Source of the DNA: Salpingoeca rosetta | Taxonomy: Eukaryota > Protista > Choanoflagellata | Length of the DNA: 64,000 bases | Assembly (NCBI GenBank): GCA_033442325.1 | Contig: JAWQFM010000027.1 | Coordinates: 297,017-361,016, forward strand | Reading direction: 5' to 3' | Part shown: positions 32,572-64,000 of the stretch, one piece after another | Layout: every line of letters begins with the position of its first letter | Position numbering within the stretch: position 1 is the first letter of the stretch | Notes under the pieces: generated by a model | The model's input: only the letters and a program-made list of their open reading frames with translations | Told to the model about the DNA's origin: nothing | The model's database searches: none | Program-made: the position numbers and the translations under genes

Positions 32572-35500
32572 TCAAGCAAAGTGGTGGTCCTTGAGCTCTC
32601 CAAACGACGGACGCTCACGCGGATTCTGCGCCATGCACTTGTACGTCAGCGACTGGAACCACTCGGAGATGGCTGTAGGATAGGTGTGCGTGTGTGTGCG
32701 TGAGCGTGAGTGAGGACGCGCAAGCAAGGAATCCAAACACGCTTACACACACACACGCACACACACACATAACTCACATAACTCACATAACTCACCATCC
32801 TGTTCGCTGTCGTCAAACTTGAGCCGCTTCCCATCCGCCATCAGATTGCTGATGGTGGCGAGAATTGGTCCCCGATACCCGCTCCCCTTCTCCTGCTCAA
32901 TCAAATCAGGCACACGCTGGGTCGCCACCTCCCACATGAGCACACCAAAGCTGAAGACGTCTGCTTCAAAGCTGTACTTGTCGCCCGTCAATGCCTCTGG
33001 TGCCATGTACAGCGGCGTGCCCACGCCAGCCGTCAGCGTCATGCTCGTCATCGTCTGCAGTCCGGTTTGCTGGCTGTATTGGGGATCATCATTATGGCTG
33101 GAGGAGGAGAGACGAGTGCGCTGCTGATTGCTGTCACGCGTAAAGCACTGGCGAATGGACCCAAAGTCCGTGATCTTGGCGCGCAAGTTGGCAGAGACCA
33201 GCACGTTCCCACTCTTCAGATCCCTGCAGTCAGTGTGTGTGTGTGTGTGGATGGGTGAGGTGAAGGGAAAACGCAGCCGATGCCACACCAACACCACCTC
33301 GTCCCAACGCAATGCACAACACACACACACACACACACACTCACTCACTCACACTCACCGGTGCATCTGGTCGAGGCTGTGGATAAATGCCATGCCACTG
33401 GCAACGTCACGCAGCAGTCGCAGCTTCAAATCCCATGCAGTCATCGTCTCTGCTCTTCTGTCGCACCCTGTGCTCACCAACGTCAATTCTTCTTCATCCT
33501 CTGCAGTCACGCCTGCATTGTCTTCACTCCTTCTCTCCCCTTGCTCCACCTCCCTCAGGACTTCCCCCATATCCTTCCCCAACAGATCTTTCAGAGACCC
33601 CATGGCCACATACTCCAGCACCAGGAACGGGCTGCCGTTGGGGTCTGTGCCTGCGCCAAAGAACCGCACCACATGCGGGTGCCGTGTACGCTGCAGAAAC
33701 TCCACCTCCTTCTCAAACTCAAGCACCATGCTGATATCGAAAGCCATGACGGCTTGCTGCAGCACTTTGACCGCCACTGTGACTGTGTCCCATCGTGCCT
33801 TGAACACCACGCCAAATGCGCCCGCAGCGACACGCTTGATCATCCTCAGCTCATCGAACCCAATCTCCCACACTTTCTTCAGCGCCATCACTTCTTCGTC
33901 CCTCTCCACCAGCAGCTGCTCCTGCAAGTCAATGCGCTTGGTCAGGCCCCGGTAGCGGCGTGACAGCCACGCCACGAACAGGCCAAAGAACAGCCCGCCA
34001 ATCACAGAGCCAGCGGCGATGCCGGCAATGGCAATTTTTGGATCGTCCACCACGCACCGCCCACCCGACGCCATCTTGAAGCCGCGCGCACAGGTGCACC
34101 GGAAGGAGAACACGATCTGTGGCGTCAATATGGCCATGTCACGCACTGGTCGCAAGTCCTGGTTTGAGAGCTGAACTGCACAGTCGATTGGTGCATCAGT
34201 TAGTTGCAGGATGGGAGGAGTGGGGCGGTTTGGAAGGAGGACAAAGTCGGCCGTCCAATACTCTTCGTCTGACAAGACAACTGCTCTTTGCGTGACGCGA
34301 TTGATCTCCTCCAGTTGACTGAGCCACTTGTTGCCAGAGAGATCCAGCACGTTCACTCTCTGGATGCAATTTGTGAGCGGCTCAATCGCCTGCTCGGAGC
34401 GGAAGGCCTTCTCATCCAAGTTTCGGGCGAAGAGGACCCGTCGTCCCCACCGCGTGCACAGCGCACCAGTTGGCGGAAAGTTGGTGTTGCTGATGTCGAG
34501 GGTGTCGATTGGAGGTGCATCAATGGAAGTGAGCCGGGTGCAGTTGGACACGTTAAGCTTCTGGAGTGGGCTGTGGACAATGATAGATCGCAGGTGCTTG
34601 TTGTCGTTGAGAAGGAGTGAGTCGAATGTCTTGTCAGGACATAGCTCAATGGTCTGGTAATCTGTGTGCGTGATGCGGAGCTCACGAAAACTGCTTGCCA
34701 GAAGCTTGCACACGGTACTTATTGGAATAGCGTCGCTGCTGGCGCCTGGCCAGCCCACGTGCAGCACATTGAGGCTGAGCGGTGGAAGGTGCTCGAATGA
34801 TGGAACCACGGCACTGATATTGACATTCTCCAAACTGAGCGTTGACAGCCGTGCAGTGCTGGTGAAGCTGGTGTCCTTCAACACTGCTAGCGATTCTGTT
34901 CCGTGAGATGCGTCCAGCTCGAGCACTTCGAGGTTGGGCAGACGAAGAAGCGGCGCCAAATCCATGTGCTTGATTTCATGGTTCTGAAGTTGCAGAGTAT
35001 CCAGAGCAGGTGTGTGCGTGACATGTGGCAGCTCCTTCATGGGGTTGTCGCTCAAATCAAGTTCGCGAAGGCGAGATAAGCCTTCGGGCAGTTGCAGTTT
35101 GGTGAGCTGATTGTTTTGGAGGTTGAGAAACTCCAGAGAGGACAGCTGTGCCGCTTCAAGGACGTTGTCAATGGAGCGAATGGCGTTGTTGGCAAACGAC
35201 ACCAGCCATAATTCTGGGTTGTGGGCGAACAGCGCTGTTGGAAGTGCAGTCAAATGGTTGTTGTCACACAAGAACTCGCTGAGGCGCGTGTTGAATTGCA
35301 GGAGGTCGTCAGGTAAGGCTGGGAGGTCGTTGCTTCCAGCAGACAGGGAAGTCAACGCCGTCAAGTTCTTGAACAGGCCTGGTGGCAGCGATGTCAGTCT
35401 GTTGTCGAAGATGCGCAGCTCTTCCAACAACGACAGGCCGGAGAAGACCGTCTCATCAAGGGACGTGATGAAGTTGTTCCCCAACGCGAGAGAGGTGAGG

Positions 35501-37016
35501 CGGGTGGTGCTTCGGAATAGTGTGGCTGGCAATTGGGCGAGGAGCGTGTGCTCGAGGTTCAGGTGATCCAGCATGGTCAGCTCAGCGAACATGTCGGGGT
35601 CAAGCTTCGTGATTGGATTCTGCTGCAGCTCAAGCTGTGTGAGGCTCGTGAGACCATGGAACAGGCCGGAGGGGATAGCACTGATGTCGTTGGCAAACAG
35701 AGTCAGTAGCTGCAGCTGAGTGAGGTCATCGAACGCTTGTGCCTCAATCTTAGAAATGAGGTTCTCGCCAAGGAACAGCTGTTGAATTAATGTCAAGCCT
35801 GTGAATGTATCATTGTTGATGCGACGGATGCGGTTTCCGTGTAAGCTGAGGGTCTTTAGCGTCGTTACAATGCCAGAAACGTCTGGAACAGATGTGAGGG
35901 CATTGTTGTCCAACTCCAAGTCGACGAGCTCATGTTTGAGAGCAAACCAGCTTGTGCCCACTTCCCGAAGCAGCACGCTGTCGTGTATCCAGATCGTGTC
36001 GATGCGCGCCATTGGGTTGAGCATGCTCAACTGAAAAGTGAGAAACTGCACATCCAGTACCGAGAATGAACGGCAGCGGGCCCACACGCCATTGTTCACA
36101 ATCCACCGCAGCGGCGCTTCCTGCACGTGTCCGCTCACAGTCAAGTCCACAACAAAGGTGGAAATGGCTTGCAACGTGCTTGTATCCGTGCTGTTGTCCA
36201 CGTCATCACTCTCACTCAGGGTGATGGTGAGCCATCCTCTATTGTCTGCGCCAGGACACGTGCCATTGACCACACTTGTCAGCGTGCATTGCCCCGCCCG
36301 CACATCAGGGTCATTATTCCGTCTCTCACGCCTGTGTTGCAACTGTGCTTCTTGTTGCAAGGGCAGGTTGGCCGTTGCGTTGCGGCGGATGACATTCACC
36401 CTCTCTTCCACGTACGTGGTGAACCTTGTACCTGATGGAGCGGGAGGTGCCTTGTGTTCTCCATTCTCAAGCAGCTCCAGTTCCCCACGACCGTCCCCAT
36501 TTCGATCGCCACACCCAAACGCAGCCATCATGCGGTGAATCGGGGACAGGTCGACAAGCGAAGAGAGCACCGTGGTTTCGCGCGTCATTGTGTTTCCAGT
36601 CGTGTGGTTGTTGTTGTTGTTGTCGTTCCCCTTGTTGTTGGCACCGTGCTTTGGGAAGAACGGCACGTCGTGCACTTCCAGCACACGCACCATGCTGTCC
36701 AGTGTCCCGTGCACGTCAGAGCACAACTAGCGCAAATAAAGAGGCATGTGGTGAAGGTGCGTGTGAGGATGCAAGAGCAGGTAGAGGAGACAGACAGAGA
36801 TAGTGTGTGTGTGTGCGCGTGTGTTTGTGTATGCACATTCACGTTCTCATGCAGCCGGACAGCCGGACAACCGGACAGCCGGACAACAGGACGAAATTGC
36901 AAACGCACCTTTTTGTCGCCATGAGCAGTGGTTGAGCGTGCTCGTGTACTGGGAACCCTGGTGACGACCACCATCACCAGCAGCATTGCCATAGCCGCCA
37001 TCATTGCCCTTCGCAT
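32572..37016 (-). CDS. LRR receptor protein kinase 1 (signal peptide, prodomain, LRRs, EGF-like, TM, TKL-type kinase)
   Basis: Exons 37016-36909, 36726-~33359, ~33223-32796 and ~32672-32572. LxxLxLxxN repeats; TM IAGIAAGSVIGGLFFGLFVAWL; kinase motifs VAVK, HR|DLKSGN, DFG, GTPLYMAPE, DVFSFG and RPSF. Confidence 0.92.
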
Positions 37017-37290
37017 GGCGTGGCAATGGGTGGCAGCAGAGTGAGAGTCAGTGAGCTGAGCGTGGATGAAGTGAGAAGGATCTGAGGGTGGATGGAGGGA
37101 TGGAGAATTGGAGATGGAATTCCTTTTCTTCCTCTTCTGTCCGCAAGTCATACACGGAAAAATGACAATGATACACTCAACTTTTCTGGCCCCTTTCGAA
37201 TCCGAGGCGGCAACTTTGAAAAACACAAAGCAACAACACAAACAAAGCACACAAACACGATCACGCTGCTGCGTTGCTGCTGCATCGGTG
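37017..37290. promoter_or_regulatory. Probable bidirectional promoter between LRR kinase 1 and POLL
   Basis: Divergent start codons are 274 bp apart. Confidence 0.4.
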
Positions 37291-41056
<3,766 letters not shown>

Positions 41057-41248
41057 GAGACACAGCGAGGTGAACGTGAAGAGGTGAAGGCTGCTGGAGA
41101 ATGGTGACATGATGGTGGAGCGTGCGCATCATGTGCGCATGCATTGTCAGCCGCGCAAACAAACACAGACAGCAGACAGATGAAGTATTGAACTTTGGTA
41201 AATGATTTTATGTGATTTTCGACGAAGCAAGCCCATACACAGACGGAG

Positions 41249-42460
41249 ATGAGTGGAGCGGTTGTGGTTGAGGTTGGAGGCCTGAACACACGGGCGGGCA
41301 GGGCGAGCGCCATGCTGCCAGAGCATGTGTTGCCGTCCTGGGAGCAGAAGAGCAGCAGAAGCAACAACAGCAGCCGAAGCAGCAGCCGTAACGGCAAGAG
41401 CGAAGGTGCTGAGCGGGCGGTGGTGAAGCCCGTCGAGCATGGCATGGTCAACAACTGGGACGCCTTCGAAAGCATGCTTGGCAAGTCGTTCCAGCGCGTG
41501 CTCGGGCCCCAGTCGACACAGCCGTCAGCAGCTATGAACACAGAGGCGGACGCCGAGGCGGAGGGCGAGGGAATCAGCAGCAGCAGCGGCAGCAGCAGCA
41601 ACAGTACAAGCATGCCACCGGTGCTGCTTGTGGACTCGCCAGCGTTATCGGAGAAGGACCGCGAGCGTGCGTGCGAGCTGGCCATGGAGAAGTTTGGGGC
41701 GCCGTCGTACTTTGCCATCAACGACCTCGTGGCCAGCGTGTACTCTGCGGGCCGCATCTCGTCCTACGTGTTTGACATGGGCTACGACAAGTGCAGCGTG
41801 GGCGCCGTGCATGACGGCTTCCTGTTCCCGCACACGTTCCAGACCGTGCATGTTGGCGGCGCACACGTGACACAATGCCTGCGCGACCTCCTGGCCGAGC
41901 GAACGCACGAGATCACCCTGAAGCAAGCAGAGGCAATCAAACTGGACCGCGTCAGAGTGCCGCTCGACTTTGCGCGCGAGGCGTCCCAGGCGCGGTTCAG
42001 TGACGACGACTCCAGCTTCGTCACCCTCCCGGACGGCCAGCGCGTGCCGCTGTCTGATGCCGGTCTCCGCGCCGCAGAGTCGCTGTTCCAGCCCATGCTG
42101 GCGGGGAAGCCCGGTATCGGGCTGTCCGACACGCTTGCCGACACGGTGAACATGTGCCAGCACGACAAGGACTACCAGCCGCTGCAGAACCTGCCGCTCT
42201 TCTTCCTCGGCACGGGCGGGGCGTCGCAGCTGCCGGGCGTGGACGAGCGCATCTACGCTGATCTTATGACCAACCTCATCACCACGTCCGCGTCAAAGCC
42301 CATTTTCATCAGCGCGTTGCAGCAGGCGCCAGACCGACACCACGCGGCGTGGATTGGCGGGTCCATCGTGGCCAGCTTGCCGCGCTTCATCGACAACAAC
42401 TTTGTCTCGCGCGCAGAGTATGAGGAGGTGGGCGCCTCCGCCATCCACCGGCACTGCTGA
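41249..42460 (+). CDS. Intronless actin-related protein (divergent, resembling plant-type ARP7)
   Basis: 403-aa ORF with actin-fold motifs PVEHGMVNNWDAFE, SVYSAGRISSYVFDMG, TLPDGQ, ESLFQP, AAWIGGSIVASL and VSRAEYEEVGASAIHRHC. Confidence 0.9.
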   Translation: MSGAVVVEVGGLNTRAGRASAMLPEHVLPSWEQKSSRSNNSSRSSSRNGKSEGAERAVVKPVEHGMVNNWDAFESMLGKSFQRVLGPQSTQPSAAMNTEADAEAEGEGISSSSGSSSNSTSMPPVLLVDSPALSEKDRERACELAMEKFGAPSYFAINDLVASVYSAGRISSYVFDMGYDKCSVGAVHDGFLFPHTFQTVHVGGAHVTQCLRDLLAERTHEITLKQAEAIKLDRVRVPLDFAREASQARFSDDDSSFVTLPDGQRVPLSDAGLRAAESLFQPMLAGKPGIGLSDTLADTVNMCQHDKDYQPLQNLPLFFLGTGGASQLPGVDERIYADLMTNLITTSASKPIFISALQQAPDRHHAAWIGGSIVASLPRFIDNNFVSRAEYEEVGASAIHRHC

Positions 42461-42544
42461 TGTGCACACACGCGCGTGCTGTGAGAAGGGGTAGGGGTTT
42501 GTTGTTCTGTGGTGTGAGTGTGAGTGCGTGCGTGTGTATGTATA

Positions 42545-42578
<34 letters not shown>

Positions 42579-43139
42579 CGTGTGTGTGTATGTGTGCGTG
42601 ATGGTGTGTGTGTGTGTATGTACATGTGTGTGATTTGGCGGGTGGACAGCAGCTGGTTACACGTGTCCACCTCCACAGCACCAGTTGTTCAGTTCTACAC
42701 GAGTCTGTATGTATGTTTGTGTTGCTATGGACCGAGTTGGGCTGTTCCCAATCACCCATGGTGGGAGGGTGGTGATATGAGTCGTTGTGTCTGCGGTGGC
42801 ATCATGTGTGACAGCCAACACCGACGAATGCGTGCTTGCGTTTGCACCGATTACACGATTTGATCATGACATGTGTGCGTCTCCTGTGGACCTTGTACTG
42901 ATGATGACCACACCTTGGCGGCAACAACACCACGCATCCACATAAGTTACAAGCAACACTGTTTGCAAGTGCACCACGGTATCCACGTATACACAGGCAG
43001 AGATAGAGACAGAGACAGAGAAAGAGAGACAGCGAGCGAGGCATGCGCACCCACACCTCCACACACACCCACACACACACGCACGCACGCACACGCTCAC
43101 ACACACACACACACACACACATTGAATAGAGAGTAACGT

Positions 43140-49761
<6,622 letters not shown>

Positions 49762-49975
49762 CGTCGCTGTTTCTTGTGTGGTTGTTGCGCCGCTGATTAA
49801 TGTGTGCAATTACCGCTCTGGATTTGGTGTGACGAGCACCAAGGCCATGAATTGTTGTTCTGTGGCAGACGCAGACGATGCTGTGCGTCGTCGTGCTGAT
49901 GGTGGTGTGCATGACTGTGTGTGGATGTGCAGAGTTGTCGGTGCGGAGGCTAGAGGAGAGCAGGAGAGAGAACAC
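49762..49975. promoter_or_regulatory. Probable bidirectional promoter between the GH36-like gene and LRR kinase 2
   Basis: Divergent start codons are 214 bp apart. Confidence 0.4.
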
Positions 49976-52900
49976 ATGCGTGTGTTGCCGGTGGTGCTCC
50001 GGCGTCCACACCCGTGCCTTGTGGGCATCTGCTTCTTGCTGCTTGCCGTTTTGACCTCTCCAGCTCCGGTAACAGCAGTCAGAACAACAGCGGCAGCACA
50101 GGTTGACCTGTGCTCACGGGTCGACCTGAGCTTGGCGCACATCATCCACACCCTGCACGATTCCGGCGCTGTGATCATCGACGACGCCTGGCACAAGCAC
50201 TCGCCTCCAGCGAGTCGAGCACAGGCCAAAGACCAGCACACCACCTGGCCTGGAAGCCCTCGTTTTGGTGCTGCTGCTGCTGCTGCTGCTGGTGGTGGTG
50301 GTGGTGGCACAGCCGCAGATGGCGGCACGACAAACAACCCCACACCGCAGCCGCACGTCGACATTGCTCCCATTCAAGAAATGATGCGGACGCTTGGCTG
50401 TGACAGAAGCCTTGATGGCCGTGATGGCCCAAGCCTTTCCGCCCTCAGCATGCCCCTCCACCGGGTGGCAAACGGCACGCCTGCACAGGATGAACAGGAG
50501 TCCGTGAAGCCTGCACCCACCACGCGCCCGCGTTCCCAACGTGCATGCAGGCAACGCAGGAACGCAGAGCCACCCTCAGCCATGCTCACAGGGGAGTGCC
50601 CGATCCAAGCCGTCGTGAACGGCACGTGCGCCGGAGCGGACGACAGGGGGGTGTTGCACATTGTTGTGGAGAAAAACCCCGACCAACCCGACGACCCCAT
50701 CGCACTGGACGAGAGCACCAACGCCGCCACCCTCCTCGCCATCTCCGTCCCTGTAAGGCACCTTGTCCTGCGCAACAATATCAGCAACAGCGTCTTGACC
50801 TGGGTCCTGACCAATGGCAACTGGGCCAACCTGACCCGGCTTGAGCTGCGGGGTTTGGAGCTTGACACCCTCGACTTCCGCAACTTCAACGCACTGCCCA
50901 GCCTGGTGCGCATCGATGTCTTCAACTCAGCCTCCGTGTCGCGCATCAGCACAAAGGGATTTCGCTTCGCGTCCCAGCTGCAGCGCCTGCACCTTCGCAG
51001 CAATGACCTTGCCACACTGGACCCAGACGCCTTTGACCTCATGACTGCCCTGTTCAGTCTGGATCTGGGCGTAAACAGGCTGCAGGAGCTGCCACCCAAC
51101 ATCTTTCGGCGGCTCACCGCCCTCGACCGCCTCTTCCTCGACTCCAACCTCATCTCGCACGTGCCAGCCGGCACATTCCACCCGCTGACGCAGCTCACCT
51201 TCCTGACGCTGCGAGGCAACGACCTGACCCACGTCGACAGCGACATGTTCACCCGCCTCCACCGCGTGCACCACTTTGTTCTCAGCGACAACCCGATCCG
51301 CACCATCCAACCCGGCGCCTTCAACAACCTCACCAGCATGCGCAACTTCGAGTTGAGGGACACGCTGGTGGCACGCCTACCGCCACACCCCTTCACCTTC
51401 ATGCAGCGCCTCACGGCACTGGAGCTCTCCTCCAACACATTGACAGCGCTGCCCGCAGACGTGTTCCACGGCCTGAGCCGGATGACCCGCATCCTGCTCA
51501 GCCACAACCGCATCACGTCTCTCCACCCGCACACCTTCCGCAACCTCACCTTCCTCAAGTCTGTTTCCTTGGACAAGAACAAGCTGACCAGCCTTCACCG
51601 CGACTTGTTTGTCGACGCCAGGCATCTCAATGTGCTCAGTTGCCAGTCAAACCTCCTCACATCTCTGCCACGCGACATCTTCCGCGGCAACACGGCGCTG
51701 CGCTTCCTCCTCCTGGGCGCCAACTTCTTCACATCCCTGGACGGCGTGTTCGACGCTGTCACGGACCTGCGTGCGCTGGCGCTTGAGCGCAACTTGCTCA
51801 CGTCCATCCACTTCGACGTGCCCCTGCCCCAGCTCGTTGGCATCACGCTCAATGACAACCGCATCACCCGCCTGCCCAACCTCGACGTGATTCCCCGCAT
51901 CAACACCCTCAGCCTCCGCAACCATCGCATCCGAAACATCCCCATGGCTGAAGTACTGGCCCACGTCAGCCTGCGCGTGCTTGAGCTCGTCGCCGCACCG
52001 GACGTTGGCTCCGTGGCCCACCTTGACCTGGACGCCTTCCAGCCCGACCTGTCCACCATCCGTGTGGAGACGCTGCGGCTGGGCAACGTAGACATCACGC
52101 CCATGCTTCCCATTGTGGACGCCCTGACACGCAGCAGTACTCCTTTGCAGCTGGAGGTCCTTCAAATGGGCTGGCCCGGGCTCGACGAGAGTGTGCTGCC
52201 GTTGTCCACAATCTGCACATTGCTTGCAAGCAACGTGGAGGAGCTGGGCCTCATCAACACGGGCTACCGCTCCCTGGACCTGTGCAGAGGCCGGAAGTTC
52301 AAGTCCGTCTTCCTGCAGAACAATCGCCGCCTGCAATCGCTTTCCATCCACAGCAGCCTGTCCCACCTCAACGTGTCCGGGTGCCATCAGCTGACACAGA
52401 TGACAGCGCCGACAATCGACATTCTTGACATCACCGGCACGCGGTTGCGCCCCTCCTCTGCTCTGTGCAGGCGTTGGGGTCGGACGATGCTCTTTGCCAA
52501 ACGCATCTCGGAGGACCTGTTCAACACGGTGCATGGGCTGTCCACACTTGCAAGGTGTCTAGCAACGCTCAGCGTGCTCGATGTGTCGGACAATGCGTGG
52601 ATCGACAACGCACGCGAGACGGAGAGCAGCATCGGCGTTGTGACGGCGCTGTCAGACGACGCGCACCTCGACGTCAACGGCTTTGTGGTCCCGTTTCGAC
52701 CCAACCCGCCCCTGTTTCAGCTCACAAACGCGGCCATCCAATGCAACTTGGAGCTGAGCAGCGAAAGCTTGCACCAGGGCGGGGCCACATCCCCTGTGAT
52801 CGTGTATGCGTTCCGTTGCACGTGCGCACGCGGTTTCAAGATGACGTCAGGTGGGCGGTGTGTGTTCGACGAGCCAGATATTGCCGGCATTGCCGCTGCC

Positions 52901-53582
52901 TCCGTGATTGGCGGCCTTGGCATTGGCCTGCTCATGGCGTGGCTGTCACGCCGCTACCGTGGCCTGACCAAGCGCATCGGCCTGCAGGAGCAGCTGCTAG
53001 TGGAACGAGACGAGGAGGTGATGGCGCTGAAGAAGGCGTGGGAGATTGAGTACGATGAGCTGAGGATGATCAAGCGTGTTGCTGCGGGCGCGTTTGGCGT
53101 TGTGTTCAAGGCAGAGTGGGACACAGTCACAGTAGCAGTGAAGGTGCTGCAGCAAGGGGTGATGATGTTTGACGAGAGCACGGTGTTGGAGTTTGAGAAG
53201 GAGGTGGAGTTCCTGCAGCGGACACGTCATCCGCACGTGGTGCGGTTCTTTGGCGCGGGGACAGACCCCAACGGCAGCCCGTTCCTGGTGCTGGAGTTTG
53301 TGGCGATGGGATCACTGAAGGACCTGTTGGGCAAGGACATGGAGCAGGTGCTGATGGAGGTGGAGGCGCGGAGTACTGAGGGCGATGGTGAGGACGATGT
53401 GCTTGTGGTGGGAGACACAAGCAAGGAGGGTGGTGGTGACCGGGTGTGGGCACTGAAGCTGCGGCTGCTGCGTGACGTTGCGAGCGGCATGGCATTTATC
53501 CACAGCCTCGACCAAGTGCACAGGTGTGTGTAAAAGGGGGGTGAGGGTGTTTGGGGTGGCGTGTACGTGTGTACACGTGTGT

Positions 53583-53675
<93 letters not shown>

Positions 53676-53747
53676 GTGTCGGGCATTGCGTTGGGACGAG
53701 GTGGTGTTGGTGTGGCGTCGGCTGCGTTTGCTCTTCACCTCACCCAT

Positions 53748-53781
<34 letters not shown>

Positions 53782-54637
53782 CACACAACACACAATACAC
53801 AACACACAACACACACATACACACACATGCACTGAGTGCAGGGATCTGAAGAGCGGGAATGTGCTGGTGTCGGCGCGGCTGAGAGCCAAGATCACGGACT
53901 TTGGATCCATTCGCCAGTGCCTCGCTGGCGGCTCTTCCGCTTCCTCCTCATCCACGACAGCAACAACAGCAACCACGGCCATGACAGCAGAAGCAGCAGC
54001 ACATGCTGATGACCTGACGTACTCGCAGGCGGCGGGCACGGCGACGATGAACCCGAGCATGACGATGACGGCTGGTGTGGGGACGCCGCTGTACATGGCG
54101 CCGGAGGTGCTGTTGGGCGACAAGTACAACGCCAAGGCAGACGTGTTCAGCTTTGGGGTGCTGATGTGGGAGGTGGCAACGCAGCGTGTGCCTGACTTGA
54201 TTGAGCAGGAGAAAGGAAGCGACTTCCGTGGTCCCATGCTTGCCACACTCAGCAAGCTCTTGCAGGACGGGAAACGTCTCGAGTTTGCTTCTCGCGGCGG
54301 CACTGGCGACGCTGCTTCGACTCGTTGGTTTCGCGGGACTGTTGATCTGCGTGCCTGTCCCCAAAGCACACTCATGCACTTTCACGCACATGCGCCAATG
54401 TACATAGAATGTGCATGCAAACACACACTCATCAACACACAACAACCACACACCCTCCGCAGTTGTCCGAGGGCCTTTTCTACCATGTTAGCGTCTCCTC
54501 ACACACACACACACCCTCTGTTCACATCATGTTGCGACGCAGGTCCGCCCTTGGTGTTCCATGAGCTCGCTCGCCAGTGCATGGACAGGCTACCGCGTGT
54601 TCGCCCCTCCTTTGAAGAGCTCTGCGCTCGTCTCTGA
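49976..54637 (+). CDS. LRR receptor protein kinase 2 (paralogue of kinase 1)
   Basis: Signal peptide MRVLPVV...FLLLAVLTSPA. The long first exon (to about 53523) carries LRRs, an EGF-like domain, TM and the kinase N-lobe. The exon from about 53842 has DLKSGN, DFG and GTPLYMAPE. The last exon ends RPSFEELCARL*. Confidence 0.92.
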
Positions 54638-55159
54638 AGACGTTACACACCTCTACACCTGCTTGCCACATTGTACATGTGTGTGTGTCTCGAAACGCTT
54701 CGCAGTCCAAACACGCTGCGCTGACGTCAGTTGCCGTGTGATGAGTCATCATTGCTGTTTGACAGTGTCGTTGCTGTGCCGTTTTTTTGTTGCTTCTTCG
54801 ATTTTGTTTGTTTGCGCTGCGACATCGCGTCGCGTTCTGCACACAAACACAAACATAAGCACTCCCCACCACCACACCCCCCTTCTGCACCAAGAACGAG
54901 CGCTTGTCTCCTCCCTCTGTCGACTCTCGTGTCGCTGACTGTGCTCAGAGCAAGCAACAGCTGTTATTCGCCAATACAAAGACACATCGGCTTGACTTCC
55001 TGGCTTACCTTGGAACGTGTGTGTCGCTGTAGTTGCTGTTGTTGTTTGTTCTCAACCTTCTCCCCTCCTCTCACAAGCCCATCGATTGCGTGAAAGATGG
55101 GTGGTGATACGTTGCACGCTTGTTGCCTGCAGGCATGGCCTTGGCAAGCGTGCCGTTTC

Positions 55160-64000
<8,841 letters not shown>

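Noticed and set aside
50374-52534. Long antisense ORFs opposite LRR kinase 2 (also opposite the ARP, Sushi and HYR exons)
   Set aside because: These are shadow ORFs caused by GC-rich codon bias of the real genes and carry no recognisable motifs.

Overview
Eukaryotic, intron-rich draft sequence with N-gaps and abundant (CA)n/(GT)n/(CAA)n microsatellites. Its style and gene content most resemble a choanoflagellate, probably Salpingoeca rosetta (inference). Most ORF-track entries are microsatellite artefacts, so genes were rebuilt by hand from GT-AG spliced exons. Bases 1-20.6 kb are a transposon/pseudogene-rich block: a frameshifted HMA (copper-binding) fragment; three Mutator-like (MULE) transposase genes (one chimeric with a Sushi/EGF/cadherin fragment, one followed by a decayed Ulp1 SUMO-protease, one near-complete with a tandem mini-exon array and a candidate 18-bp TIR); and a 5'-truncated EDRF1. 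Bases 20.7-64 kb hold NOM1, an RRM-like gene, an intronless F-box-like/LRR gene, two paralogous LRR receptor kinases, DNA polymerase lambda with an extra CCHC zinc knuckle, an actin-related protein, and a bacterial-type GH36-like glycosidase. The best candidate for an undescribed system is a very large secreted protein (55160 to beyond 64000). It carries a signal peptide, a NO66/ROXA-type JmjC 2-oxoglutarate oxygenase, a furin site (RTRR), a Cys-Asp repeat tract built from mini-exons, and Sushi and bacterial HYR-like repeats. This could be an enzyme fused to its own substrate. Many introns also show 5'-(GT)n...(CA)n-3' self-complementarity. Family assignments are from motif recall; no database searches were run.
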